The notes under the pieces: model-generated | What the model was told of the DNA's origin: nothing | The model's database searches: none | What the model saw: the letters and a program-made list of their open reading frames with translations, nothing else | Shown: piece by piece, positions 41,875 to 51,417 of the stretch | Position numbering within the stretch: position 1 is the first letter of the stretch | Layout of the letters: each line of letters starts with the position of its first letter | IMG/VR virus record: IMGVR_UViG_3300044797_000098 | Coordinates: 124,001-188,000 of that record | DNA length: 64,000 nucleotides | Reading direction: 5' to 3' (one strand) | Program-made: the position numbers and the translations under genes

Positions 41875-42738
41875 ATGAGAAAAAGCAAACTACAAACAGT
41901 TCTTACTAAAGAAATGTTAGAATATAACTATAAAAAATACGGTTCTATGCAAAAAATGGCTGATGAATTAAATATAGGAATTGATTCTATATATAAATAT
42001 ATGAAACTTCATAATGTTAACTACGATGCGCATTATACTGGTATTTATGAATGTGATGAAAATATCTTTAAAGAAGAGACTGAACGAGCATTTTATCTAG
42101 CTGGATTCATTGCAGCAGACGGTTGTGTCTATCATAGAAAACATAGTTCGATATTATCGATTGCACTATCTATTAAGGATATAGAACATCTACAAAATAT
42201 AAAAAAATTATTTAGGGCAACAAATAAAATAGAATTTTACACTGATAAAAATAATCTACAAAGCTGTAGAATATCTATTGTATCAAAAATAATATGTAAA
42301 GATTTAGAAAAATTTAATATAGTCCCAAGAAAATCTTTAATTTATACTTTTCCTGAATGGCTAACAGATCATCCATTAGTTCATCATTTTATTCGAGGAT
42401 ATGCTGATGGCGATGGTTCATGGTCGAATAGGCATACTGCTAAAAATCGTATAATAAAACAAACAAGTTTTTCAATTCTAGGTACTCAAAACTTAGTTTT
42501 AGCATTTAAAAAAATTATAGAGGAACGATGTCAAATTAAATCAATGGCTGAAATTAAAAAACGAGATGATGAAAAAGTATATAGGCTTACATATTATGGA
42601 AATAATATGGTATCTAAAATATATGAGTTTTTATATAATAGTAGCTCAATATATTTGAGTAGGAAACGAAATATAGCAAAATTAGCAAAAGAATTATCAT
42701 CTAATAATAAAAATTTTGCTAGACACATCTCCACATAA
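41875..42738 (+). CDS. Free-standing LAGLIDADG endonuclease
   Basis: FYLAGFIAADGC and HFIRGYADGDGS; N-terminal HTH-like segment; LSRKR. Confidence 0.9.
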   Translation: MRKSKLQTVLTKEMLEYNYKKYGSMQKMADELNIGIDSIYKYMKLHNVNYDAHYTGIYECDENIFKEETERAFYLAGFIAADGCVYHRKHSSILSIALSIKDIEHLQNIKKLFRATNKIEFYTDKNNLQSCRISIVSKIICKDLEKFNIVPRKSLIYTFPEWLTDHPLVHHFIRGYADGDGSWSNRHTAKNRIIKQTSFSILGTQNLVLAFKKIIEERCQIKSMAEIKKRDDEKVYRLTYYGNNMVSKIYEFLYNSSSIYLSRKRNIAKLAKELSSNNKNFARHIST

Positions 42739-42768
42739 TAACTATCATTTTTACTATATATATTTGAT

Positions 42769-43170
42769 ATGAGAATACTTCCGCCGTCCAAAGCATTTTG
42801 GATCACTAATATATCAAAAAAGGCTATAAACCTTACGGATCTTGGAATATATATCTATCCAATGTGTTCTATAAATCTTTTAGATAAGAAACATTACGGG
42901 CATTTAACCGAAGAACAGGTTATGAAATCAGCGACCGGTGGTTCATTATTTTTAAAAAAAAGATGTGTTGTAGTTAGAAAAGTTGCGCCCGGAACACCAA
43001 TGAAAAGTCCGCCACCATTACAAGAAGATGCTGTTTTCCCAACACGTCAGCGATCTAGTATTGAATTTGACAAGCCAACATATGATGAATTAAACATACC
43101 AGATGAAGAATTTGCAGAAGAAAATGCTGATATTGCCGAAGAAAGTCACTTAGGTAAATGGAATAAATAA
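42769..43170 (+). CDS. Hypothetical protein (133 aa), similar to the N-terminus of 61286..61951
   Basis: FWITNISKKAINL...INLL...EEQVMKS...GSL; acidic tail. Confidence 0.6.
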   Translation: MRILPPSKAFWITNISKKAINLTDLGIYIYPMCSINLLDKKHYGHLTEEQVMKSATGGSLFLKKRCVVVRKVAPGTPMKSPPPLQEDAVFPTRQRSSIEFDKPTYDELNIPDEEFAEENADIAEESHLGKWNK

Positions 43171-43179
43171 GGAGTTTCT

Positions 43180-43404
43180 ATGAAGGACGCTATTCTATCT
43201 TTTAGTGATTTACAGCAAGAAACTGTTGAAACTGCTAAGCCTAAAACCAAAAAGAAATCTGCCAAGAAAGATAATACTGAGTGTGTGATGGACGACACGC
43301 TGGAAGAATGCCCTAAAAAAACATCCAAAAAATTAGAAGAAAAGTATAAAAAACTCAATGATAAATTAGATTTAACAATCCAAAAACTAACAAAGGGTAT
43401 ATAA
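43180..43404 (+). CDS. Hypothetical Lys-rich protein (74 aa)
   Basis: SD AAGGAG; coupled to next gene by TAATG. Confidence 0.65.
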   Translation: MKDAILSFSDLQQETVETAKPKTKKKSAKKDNTECVMDDTLEECPKKTSKKLEEKYKKLNDKLDLTIQKLTKGI

Positions 43405-43688
43405 TGCCACCTAATACTCTAACTACAATTTTAACCACTATTTTAACAATACTTATGACATCATTTTTTGGTGTCCTGGGCTGGTTTATTAAATCTATAT
43501 TAAGCAAAGTTAGTGCTATTGATAGTGCTTTAAATAAACATATAGTTGAAGATAAAGAAATACAAACAGCATTAAATGTAACGCTAACGGCACAAGCTAA
43601 ACTGGCAGATAAAATGGACGGAAAGATCGATCAAATCAATGAAAAAATTGATATGAAAATTGAAAAGCTTAATGAAAAATTAGAATAA
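43404..43688 (+). CDS. Single-TM plus coiled-coil membrane protein (94 aa; lysis-accessory-like architecture)
   Basis: N-terminal TTILTTILTILMTSFFGVLGWFI followed by heptad-like C-terminus. Confidence 0.55.
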   Translation: MPPNTLTTILTTILTILMTSFFGVLGWFIKSILSKVSAIDSALNKHIVEDKEIQTALNVTLTAQAKLADKMDGKIDQINEKIDMKIEKLNEKLE

Positions 43689-43689
43689 T

Positions 43690-43911
43690 TTATTTTATTA
43701 CCATAACGCTTATAGCTTTTGGTTGTCCTCTGCGATTAGTGCCTATTTGATAGGAAACTATCTGACCTTTTGACAATGTTTTATAGCCTTCCATTGCTAT
43801 ATCGCTATAATGTACAAAAATATCAGTATCGCTTTCATCTGGTTTTACGAATCCAAATCCTTTATTAAACCAAACAACCGTACCATAATATACTTTATTT
43901 TCTTCATTCAT
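43690..43911 (-). CDS. Cold-shock domain (CspA-family) nucleic acid-binding protein
   Basis: GTVVWFNKGFGFV (RNP1), DIFVHYSDI (RNP2), GYKTLSKGQIVSY. Confidence 0.95.
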   Translation of the reverse strand: MNEENKVYYGTVVWFNKGFGFVKPDESDTDIFVHYSDIAMEGYKTLSKGQIVSYQIGTNRRGQPKAISVMVIK

Positions 43912-43919
43912 AAAAGTTC

Positions 43920-44183
43920 CTATTTTATTATTTTATTATTCTCATCTACGATGATAGATGAGCCGTCTTTGTGCCATACTTTTATATTACTTTTACCGAA
44001 AAAATTATTAAACTCCATAATACCCATTGCTTGAACTGCCTTGCGTTCCTCAGCAGTTTTACATCCTTTTAATGCATTGTCATATCGATCAAATAATTTT
44101 AATAACTCGGCCTCACAACCATTGGCACGTGCATGTCCCAATAATTGCTTACGCGTTTCTTTCTCTGACATTGGCTTACTCAT
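43920..44183 (-). CDS. Hypothetical protein (87 aa)
   Basis: SD AAGGAAG; operon context. Confidence 0.6.
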   Translation of the reverse strand: MSKPMSEKETRKQLLGHARANGCEAELLKLFDRYDNALKGCKTAEERKAVQAMGIMEFNNFFGKSNIKVWHKDGSSIIVDENNKIIK

Positions 44184-44203
44184 TATTCTTCCTTGCTTTC
44201 AAA

Positions 44204-44623
44204 CTAAATTACTACCCAAACAGAATTAGTACCATCAAATACTACCATAAGTGATTCATATCTAATATCCATATTATATGTCGAAGCTCCAGCTATGTTA
44301 TGCCCATTTCCATCCACAACTATCTGATATGACGAAGCAGAACCCTTAGAGTCTGCAATTATATATGTATTCCCGTTAGCTGGAGATGCAGGTAAGGTAA
44401 TGGTAATACTGGAGCTAAGCGTACCAATACTAATTATATAATCAGTATTTTGTACGTTATAGCTGGAAGTCTTCGATACCAAATTATTTGATACGCCAGC
44501 TCCAATAGTTAAATTACCATTTATTGTAAGAGTACTACTAATTGTTACTGAATCTGATGAATGAGCTAATTTATTTACTCCCGAGGCATCTAAATAAATT
44601 ATTTTATCAACATATGATGCCAT
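44204..44623 (-). CDS. Fibre-domain virion protein (139 aa)
   Basis: ITITLPASPANGNTYIIADSKG...IVVDGNG...VFDGTNSVW resembles T4 gp9/gp10-like and fibre modules. Confidence 0.6.
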   Translation of the reverse strand: MASYVDKIIYLDASGVNKLAHSSDSVTISSTLTINGNLTIGAGVSNNLVSKTSSYNVQNTDYIISIGTLSSSITITLPASPANGNTYIIADSKGSASSYQIVVDGNGHNIAGASTYNMDIRYESLMVVFDGTNSVWVVI

Positions 44624-44643
44624 CTATTCATTTCCAGTATTAT

Positions 44644-45051
44644 TTATTGCACTCTTTGAAATACCATTTCATTCGTATCTAAATTCCATTTACCGTCATC
44701 AGCTTTACCATCTGGATCAATTCCATTAGCTAATGCAATTGTTTTTACTGTTTCGATCATAGATTGATTGTTAAGAACTGCTTGACTAAGTAGTCGTGTT
44801 TTTTGAACTTGAACTTCGGAAAGATGAAGCTCAATATCTGCTAACTGCATTTTGACTTGTACTAACGCTTGTTCGGCATCTCGAACTTTTTGAGCATCTT
44901 CTGCGGTAAGAGAAATTTGAGTTGTCTCTGGCGAAGGAGGTGCTGGAGAAGCTGGGGTTTCTGAAACTGTTGGAACCACTGTTAGTGGTGATTTTGTTTC
45001 TTGATTATGAGTTGAGGTAAATTTCTTGTTTTGTTTTCCCATGACTTTCAC
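44644..45051 (-). CDS. Coiled-coil protein (135 aa)
   Basis: Pro-rich linker then heptad region AQKVRDAEQALVQVKMQLADIE. Confidence 0.6.
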   Translation of the reverse strand: MKVMGKQNKKFTSTHNQETKSPLTVVPTVSETPASPAPPSPETTQISLTAEDAQKVRDAEQALVQVKMQLADIELHLSEVQVQKTRLLSQAVLNNQSMIETVKTIALANGIDPDGKADDGKWNLDTNEMVFQRVQ

Positions 45052-45081
45052 TTTCTTTTAGGTAATAGTATCCCGACATAG

Positions 45082-45123
45082 GACACTGTCTCAACATACT
45101 ATATCAGCAGTTGAGACAGTGTC
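45082..45123. promoter_or_regulatory. Perfect 14-bp inverted repeat with TGATATA in the 14-nt loop
   Basis: GACACTGTCTCAAC-ATACTATATCAGCA-GTTGAGACAGTGTC, intergenic. Confidence 0.7.
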
Positions 45124-45146
45124 GAATGTTTTTTAGGGATTAAGGA

Positions 45147-47111
45147 TTAGAGTAGAACTGGTGTTAGGATACGAATAACCATTTGGGTTGCACTTAACAT
45201 GAACCCAACTGGGGCTACGACTTGACCAGCAGTTGTTGGAGCAGTTGCTGTTACTTTACCTGCGTTAGCTGGATCTAGATACATTACGTTACCAGGAGCA
45301 GCTGAGCCAGTGATATTTGGACTAACTAGACCGTCTGTATATAGGTTACCAGATGATACCTTATCTTTGGCGAACCCTGCACAATATGCAGTTGAAAGAG
45401 AGTTTCCCTCAGCAGATGATACAGCAAGAGAACCAGATACATATACTGCATCATTGGCTGCACCTACGGCAGAAGTATTTACACCAGTAACGGTGATTTC
45501 TTCTGTACCAGAAGATGATGTTGCAATGATCTGACCGCCAGAAGCAGCTTCAAGTGTTACACCTGATGGAACTGTGATTGTATTGCTTGTTGGCCCAACT
45601 TGTAGATATGTAGAACCGTTGTTTTGTAGATTAATACCACCGGCACCATTGATTGTCAATACATCAGAACCACCTGATTGTAATGTTTGTGTTTGTAGGT
45701 AATAACCATCAACGATAGTAACATCACCATCGAATGATGCATTTGATTGGAATGTTGATGTGCCAACGATTGTTTCTGCACCATCGACCATCAAATTACC
45801 TTTGACTTCGAAGTTGCCAGCAGCTTGTGTTACTGTGAGTACGCCTGATGCACTGAGTGTACCGTCGCCAGATACTGTGTTCCATGTTGAAGCAGCACCG
45901 GTTTGTGCGATTAGAAGTTGCCCGTTTGTACCGGCTGTTGAAGTAAGAACACCAGAACCATTTACTTGAACTGTACCCCAGTTAGTAAGTGGTGTTGTGA
46001 TATTACCAGATGATACTGTAAGACCATTGCTTGCAGTCAAAAGACCAGTTGATGTAAGCGTGCTAGATGCTGTGGTAGCACCACTTAATGTATTTGCACC
46101 AGATGATGTTTTGAATGTACCGGTTGAACCAGAAAAATCGAAGTTAGGATTGCTCCCAGTTGTTACGTTACCATTGATTGTGTTTGTGCCTGTACCAGTT
46201 GTAAATGTACCAGCATTATCAATTGTTAATGCATGATTACCACCACCTGCACCAACAGTAAAATCACCATGAGCGCTTACTACTGTAACTGCACCAGTTG
46301 CCGATATGGTTGCATCTTGAGATACTGTGGTCCAAGCTGGGACTGGAGTTCCATTAGTTAGAAGTACTTGACCAGCTGTACCTGGAGTGATATCTGCTCC
46401 AACGTTGATTAGACTTGTTGAAAGAAGACCACCACCACTATTATGAACAACACCTGCTGTATTGAAAGCGCGAATAGTAACCGTAGTCGCGCCTGTAAAT
46501 GTTGTATTACCATTTACTGATACTGCACCTGTTGATGTTTGAAATGCTCCAGTTGAGTTTGAAAAATCTAGATTTCCTGCACCAGAAGATGCAACCAAAC
46601 TTGTTCCGCCACTAAGTGTTACCGTATTTGCAGTAGTAGTACCAACATCCAAAAGCGTTGAACCGGCTGCTGCTAAATTGACACCAGCATGACCATTAAC
46701 AGTAATAACACCTGCTGTTGTTGACCAAGTAGAATCTGCTGCTCCTGTAATATTTAGAGCACCGGCAGTTGTACTAAGTTGTGAAGCAGCGTTACCAGTT
46801 AGTGAGAATGCACCGCCTGATTGTGTTAGTGCACCACCGAGTGTGGTTAGACCAGTTCCAACTGTAAATGTATTTGAACTAGTTACTGATGTAGCACCGT
46901 TTAGTGATACCGCGCCTGTACCAGTTGAAAATGTTTGGGCGCCCGGCATGCTTGTATTTTTATTTAGCGTAATGCTTGTTGCTGTAGCTGCACCGATTGA
47001 TAATGCTCCGGCAGCATCAGAATCAACACCTGAACCAACTAAAAGTTGATCTGATGATCCAATTTGTGTGGTAACGCCTGATTGTATAGTTAACGCTCTC
47101 CATGTAGCCAT
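45147..47111 (-). CDS. Gly/Thr/Ala-rich fibre with C-terminal decoration/cement-like domain (654 aa)
   Basis: Repeats FSTGTGAVSLNG, DFSxSTGxFxTS and GTxGQxL...W.TVS.D.T.SA.G; C-terminal domain shared with 48687..49250. Confidence 0.65.
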   Translation of the reverse strand: MATWRALTIQSGVTTQIGSSDQLLVGSGVDSDAAGALSIGAATATSITLNKNTSMPGAQTFSTGTGAVSLNGATSVTSSNTFTVGTGLTTLGGALTQSGGAFSLTGNAASQLSTTAGALNITGAADSTWSTTAGVITVNGHAGVNLAAAGSTLLDVGTTTANTVTLSGGTSLVASSGAGNLDFSNSTGAFQTSTGAVSVNGNTTFTGATTVTIRAFNTAGVVHNSGGGLLSTSLINVGADITPGTAGQVLLTNGTPVPAWTTVSQDATISATGAVTVVSAHGDFTVGAGGGNHALTIDNAGTFTTGTGTNTINGNVTTGSNPNFDFSGSTGTFKTSSGANTLSGATTASSTLTSTGLLTASNGLTVSSGNITTPLTNWGTVQVNGSGVLTSTAGTNGQLLIAQTGAASTWNTVSGDGTLSASGVLTVTQAAGNFEVKGNLMVDGAETIVGTSTFQSNASFDGDVTIVDGYYLQTQTLQSGGSDVLTINGAGGINLQNNGSTYLQVGPTSNTITVPSGVTLEAASGGQIIATSSSGTEEITVTGVNTSAVGAANDAVYVSGSLAVSSAEGNSLSTAYCAGFAKDKVSSGNLYTDGLVSPNITGSAAPGNVMYLDPANAGKVTATAPTTAGQVVAPVGFMLSATQMVIRILTPVLL

Positions 47112-47164
47112 TGTATTTTCCTATTATTTGATTATTGAAGGTTGATTGTTTATTGTTGAAAATC

Positions 47165-47395
47165 TTACGAAAGTTGAGTAAATCTTACATCTGATTGAAG
47201 AACACGAATTGCCCTTTGATCCATTATATCGACACCAATATCGGCTCCGACTGTAAAACCGTGAACCTGATCTGATGCCATTACTACTTGATGACCACCA
47301 TTTTTTAGTGGAATGTTTATTTGTTTGCATGGACCTTGTGTGTGAATACATCGGGTATGGGGTGGAATTTCTCCATTGTATGCGAATCTAGCCAT
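47165..47395 (-). CDS. Hypothetical protein (76 aa)
   Basis: Strong SD AAAGGAG and upstream YAATAA-N4-RYAT motif. Confidence 0.65.
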   Translation of the reverse strand: MARFAYNGEIPPHTRCIHTQGPCKQINIPLKNGGHQVVMASDQVHGFTVGADIGVDIMDQRAIRVLQSDVRFTQLS

Positions 47396-47448
47396 TAGTA
47401 TTCTCCTTTGTAAGAATTGTTGTTAGTCTTCCCTATTTATATATTATA

Positions 47449-48651
47449 TTATTGCTTATTTTTAGAAATTTTTTCCCACTCCGATAGCCAAATAGAAATT
47501 ACCGTGTATCCAGCAATAGTTAGGACGTTTTTTCTTTCAATAGTTTTATCATACAAATACCCAAAAGTCTTTCCGTTTTTAGGATTAACATCATTACGAT
47601 TATACTTTTCGGGATTACCGTGCCAAAAATCACCATTCATTTCGTATATAGTATTAGTAATTGGATCTAGAGCATCTGGCTTAAATCGTTGTTTTCCTAT
47701 TTTTATTCGTGCTTGTCTATATTCTTGTGGTATACCTAAATAATCTAACCATTCTATTTCTGGCTTTGTTACCTCTCTGCCCGACATACATGTCGGACAA
47801 TTCTGCTCCAACAGGCATCTAGCCTTTATTACCGCATCCCAACTATGCCCATTACTACATTTCCACCAAATTCTTGTATTACTACCACGTGAATAATTTT
47901 CTGGAATATCGTTATTCTTTTCATAATCCCATTGACTAACTATTATAAGATCGATCTTCAATAAATTATTGGTATGGTTAACTTTATTACCAGTGCAGTA
48001 TGGACACTTATATCCGCGTGTTTTACCCCATACTAATTGTTGATATTCACTACCACAGTCTGGGCAGTTCCACCAAGCCATATAATCACTACCTGCATTT
48101 ATATCACGAAAACATAATATGTTTTTTACAACATTCCACTCAATTTCCAAATGTGGAAAATTATCTACCAACGAATTATGTAACGTTTTTCTTATAGTTT
48201 TTCTCGTTTTTATTTCACACCCATCAATATAAAAATTATGATGACCACATAAATTATGTGGTATTTTATTTTTTTTATTGAATTGTTTTTCCCAGTCATT
48301 CACTCTAATAATACATTCTTTATTACATAGGTCGCAAATAAAAATACACGCTTTATGCGAACCGCAAATTAATGTATTTATATCTACGATATTTTTACTG
48401 CTCCATACCTTTAGTATGCTTGGATATCTAACGACTAAGGAATTAGTTTCATTGACTCGTTTCCCGGTACAATAAGGACAACCAACCCCTTCTATTTTTT
48501 TGCATAGTTTTTGATCATATGATGAATTACAATCAATACATTTCCACCAATACCTAGTCTCAGACAGTACATTTTCCATCCTTGGATCGATACTATTTTT
48601 CTCCCAGTCCCAAAACTTCAACACTTCCGGATATTTTTCTAATAACTTCAT
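47449..48651 (-). CDS. Zn-ribbon (treble-clef) repeat protein with C-terminal Vsr/PD-(D/E)XK-like endonuclease; probable mobile endonuclease
   Basis: Repeated WW.C..C....CPYC.G units; C-terminal FKPDALD...YEMNGDFWHG...GYTVISIWLSEW. Confidence 0.8.
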   Translation of the reverse strand: MKLLEKYPEVLKFWDWEKNSIDPRMENVLSETRYWWKCIDCNSSYDQKLCKKIEGVGCPYCTGKRVNETNSLVVRYPSILKVWSSKNIVDINTLICGSHKACIFICDLCNKECIIRVNDWEKQFNKKNKIPHNLCGHHNFYIDGCEIKTRKTIRKTLHNSLVDNFPHLEIEWNVVKNILCFRDINAGSDYMAWWNCPDCGSEYQQLVWGKTRGYKCPYCTGNKVNHTNNLLKIDLIIVSQWDYEKNNDIPENYSRGSNTRIWWKCSNGHSWDAVIKARCLLEQNCPTCMSGREVTKPEIEWLDYLGIPQEYRQARIKIGKQRFKPDALDPITNTIYEMNGDFWHGNPEKYNRNDVNPKNGKTFGYLYDKTIERKNVLTIAGYTVISIWLSEWEKISKNKQ

Positions 48652-48658
48652 ACGCTTA

Positions 48659-48686
48659 AATATAACTCAAAATTGCCAAAAGTCAA
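48659..48686 (-). promoter_or_regulatory. Sigma70-like promoter TTGACT-N16-TATATT, probably leaderless
   Basis: -10 box ends 7 nt before the ATG of the Zn-ribbon endonuclease; no SD. Confidence 0.55.
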
Positions 48687-49250
48687 TTACAGCTGAACAA
48701 AATTCTCATCAATTTCAATAACTAGCGTTGTTGAGTTTTTTGCGAACCCTAGTTTTTGAACTATATTTCCTCCTATTGTTGGTGCTATCGTTGTCATTGT
48801 CCCATCGATTAAACCCAAGTAATATACTGCTCCAACAGTCAATCCAGAGAATGAACTGTTTTCTCCTTCCAGTTGAACAACGCACTGCGTTGATGAGCTC
48901 TTCGACAACACTATACCGATTGCCAATTTAGTTGCATCAGTTGCATTCGCCAGCCCAACGGTATTAGATCCAGAAAGATACACAACATTACCAACAGCAA
49001 CAGAAGATGTACAAGTATAATTACCATATCCATCTACGCTAATACTAGTTCCGCCTGTTGCCGGCGCAGGCTTCCATTGGCTCGATGAAGCATCCCATGT
49101 GAGTACTTGACCATCACTTGGTGCTGTACTTGATATAGAGTTACCTTGTATTTTGGTAACAGTGACATTACTAGTAGTTCCACTAGCGTCTCCACCAAGT
49201 GAACCACCACCGCCTCCACCGCCAGTTTGACCTCCAAGGAATGAACTCAT
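48687..49250 (-). CDS. Short fibre/decoration protein (187 aa)
   Basis: Poly-Gly, IQGNSISSTAPSDGQVLTWD fibre motif, then VAVGNVVYL...AIGIV...GAVYYLG...IVQKLGFA cement-like domain. Confidence 0.65.
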   Translation of the reverse strand: MSSFLGGQTGGGGGGGSLGGDASGTTSNVTVTKIQGNSISSTAPSDGQVLTWDASSSQWKPAPATGGTSISVDGYGNYTCTSSVAVGNVVYLSGSNTVGLANATDATKLAIGIVLSKSSSTQCVVQLEGENSSFSGLTVGAVYYLGLIDGTMTTIAPTIGGNIVQKLGFAKNSTTLVIEIDENFVQL

Positions 49251-49257
49251 TTATTCT

Positions 49258-49587
49258 TTACTGACGTTCCCAAGCATTTACAGACACAACAATTGGCCCA
49301 GAACTACCAGATTGAACTCGAAACCAAATTTTACCTACAACACGGTTGTCAAATGACAATCCAGCTGATGCATTGGCACTATTAAGCTCTCCGTGAACGG
49401 TATTACCGTTCATCGAAAACTCAACTACGCCGGTACCTAAATTCAACATCATAATGCCTTGCGTCACAAATGGGATAAATAAATCAGCGTTACTATTGAA
49501 ACTTGTTGCTGTAACGGATACCTTTTGAAAAAAATTATGATCGAAACCATAAGTTATCGCACCCATACCAATACCATTATTAGTCAT
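49258..49587 (-). CDS. Small beta-sandwich virion protein (109 aa)
   Basis: SD GGAG; all-beta pattern. Confidence 0.55.
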   Translation of the reverse strand: MTNNGIGMGAITYGFDHNFFQKVSVTATSFNSNADLFIPFVTQGIMMLNLGTGVVEFSMNGNTVHGELNSANASAGLSFDNRVVGKIWFRVQSGSSGPIVVSVNAWERQ

Positions 49588-49602
49588 AGTAGCTCCCTAA
49601 TT

Positions 49603-50469
49603 TTATATTAGAAAATTAGCAGATGATGCATCTCGATAGCCAATGTCCATCATAGTTTTTATTTTTGATGGTGTAAAATCTAACATATCTTCTATAAGAT
49701 TAAACTTGGGTCGTATTATATTAAGTTTTATTTCTTTTTTATTAGTCAATCCTGATTTAGCTAATTGATTATATATTAATGCTTTTTCAATATCATTAGA
49801 CATAATTTTATCTGAATATAAATCAAATGATCGTTTTAATATATCCATTATATTTGGTTTAATAATAAACTTTTTATCACGAGTTTCTGGTGATGTAACA
49901 ATAGCATCTACTTCCGTAGCACCAAAATCTATTGCGGTATGGATAGGAGATATTGATTTTATTCCTCCATCACCGAATAATTGATCACCTATTTTTATAG
50001 GTTCAAAAAGAATTGGAAATGATGCGCTAGCACCAACAGCGCTAACAAAATCATCTGATGTTTGATCAAAATTATTATATTTACCGGTAGTAAAAGAAAC
50101 CGCTCCAACAATAACGTGCCTATTAGCATTGCGTATTTTTTGTACAGATATAGAGTTTTGCAACAGTAGTTTCATAGGAGAACTATCAAAAAAACCAAGC
50201 TTCCAAGCAATGTGAAGTTTCCCAAATGGTTTCCATTTTTTGTATATTTTATCATTAGTGAGGGATAGCCACATATCGGAGAGAGTGTTGATAGCGAGCT
50301 TTTCTTGTCCGATGGGGAATTGACTTAAAAATGCAGCATTGATAGCGCCACTGCTCACTCCGACTACGAGATCGTAAGATTTTTCTAAATCACCAAGTAA
50401 ATGCCTCAATACGCCTGTTGACCAGCTCCCTTTACTTCCTCCGCCACCAAGTATAAGTGCACGAACCAT
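49603..50469 (-). CDS. Patatin-like phospholipase (288 aa)
   Basis: LILGGGGSKG oxyanion motif, GVSSG nucleophile elbow, SASFP, DGG. Confidence 0.95.
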   Translation of the reverse strand: MVRALILGGGGSKGSWSTGVLRHLLGDLEKSYDLVVGVSSGAINAAFLSQFPIGQEKLAINTLSDMWLSLTNDKIYKKWKPFGKLHIAWKLGFFDSSPMKLLLQNSISVQKIRNANRHVIVGAVSFTTGKYNNFDQTSDDFVSAVGASASFPILFEPIKIGDQLFGDGGIKSISPIHTAIDFGATEVDAIVTSPETRDKKFIIKPNIMDILKRSFDLYSDKIMSNDIEKALIYNQLAKSGLTNKKEIKLNIIRPKFNLIEDMLDFTPSKIKTMMDIGYRDASSANFLI

Positions 50470-50519
50470 CTACTGCCTCTAATTTAGACTATATCAATAT
50501 ACAATAAAACTGATAGAAA

Positions 50520-51380
50520 TTATGGCTTGTATTGTAATTTTGCTTGATCATATCCTTGCTGCAAAAGCAAGCGCATCGTAGCGTTATCAAATGATAATGA
50601 ACTATTTGGCAAATCTGATGATGGTCGAATGATTTTGACATTCAAAAACTTCTTATCTGGTTGAAGCCCGGCAGATACCAATCTATTGTACATAAACATC
50701 ATTTTGATATCTGATTGTGTCATCTGATCTGTCATATAATCAAAACAACGAAGACCATATGTTACAACATCAACATCATTGAAAGATGATGACGGCATTT
50801 TTGGCCCACATAAAACTATATCTAAATCTGTTGCGCCCATTGCAATTGCTTCATTGATTGGAGTTGAATGACGAACTCCACCATCTGTATATTTGATTCC
50901 ATTAATTACGATAGGAATTAATCCCATTGGAAATGAACTCGACGCAAGAATGCCATCTAAAAAGTACCCATCGTCTTGTGTAAATGTATGATAGTTTCCT
51001 GTGCAGATTTCTGTTGCTGAAACTGCGACTTTATTGCCGGACGCACGTATTTTATTGAGGTTAATGTTATTATGAACTAAATCTATAAGCGGTTGTGAAT
51101 TATATATTGAATCCGACCATAATCCTTTTGCAACATTCCATGGACACCAGTTTTTCTTTACGGTTGAGTCTTGTATATTATACCATAGATTATATAGCGC
51201 TTGATATCCTAATTTCTGATCTGCTGGTGCATACTGAGCCATCCAAGATGCATTTAGCGCACCAACTGAAACACCGGTAAAACAATCATATGTATTACCA
51301 AGATCCTCGAATAGATATTTGAGGCACCCAACTTGAAAACTTCCAGCTGAACCACCACCCGATAAAACTAATGCTCGCAT
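50520..51380 (-). CDS. Patatin-like phospholipase (286 aa)
   Basis: LVLSGGGSAG, GVSVG, SSSFP, YTDGG. Confidence 0.95.
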   Translation of the reverse strand: MRALVLSGGGSAGSFQVGCLKYLFEDLGNTYDCFTGVSVGALNASWMAQYAPADQKLGYQALYNLWYNIQDSTVKKNWCPWNVAKGLWSDSIYNSQPLIDLVHNNINLNKIRASGNKVAVSATEICTGNYHTFTQDDGYFLDGILASSSFPMGLIPIVINGIKYTDGGVRHSTPINEAIAMGATDLDIVLCGPKMPSSSFNDVDVVTYGLRCFDYMTDQMTQSDIKMMFMYNRLVSAGLQPDKKFLNVKIIRPSSDLPNSSLSFDNATMRLLLQQGYDQAKLQYKP

Positions 51381-51417
51381 ATATACTCCTTGTAATTATA
51401 TAATTATATGCGTGTGA

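Noticed and set aside
47449-51380. Eukaryotic giant virus origin suggested by Zn-ribbon endonuclease and patatins
   Set aside because: SD sequences, sigma70-like promoters, coupled operons and a contractile tail module indicate a bacteriophage
49603-51380. CBASS defence system (CapV)
   Set aside because: No CD-NTase or Cap2/Cap3-like genes nearby
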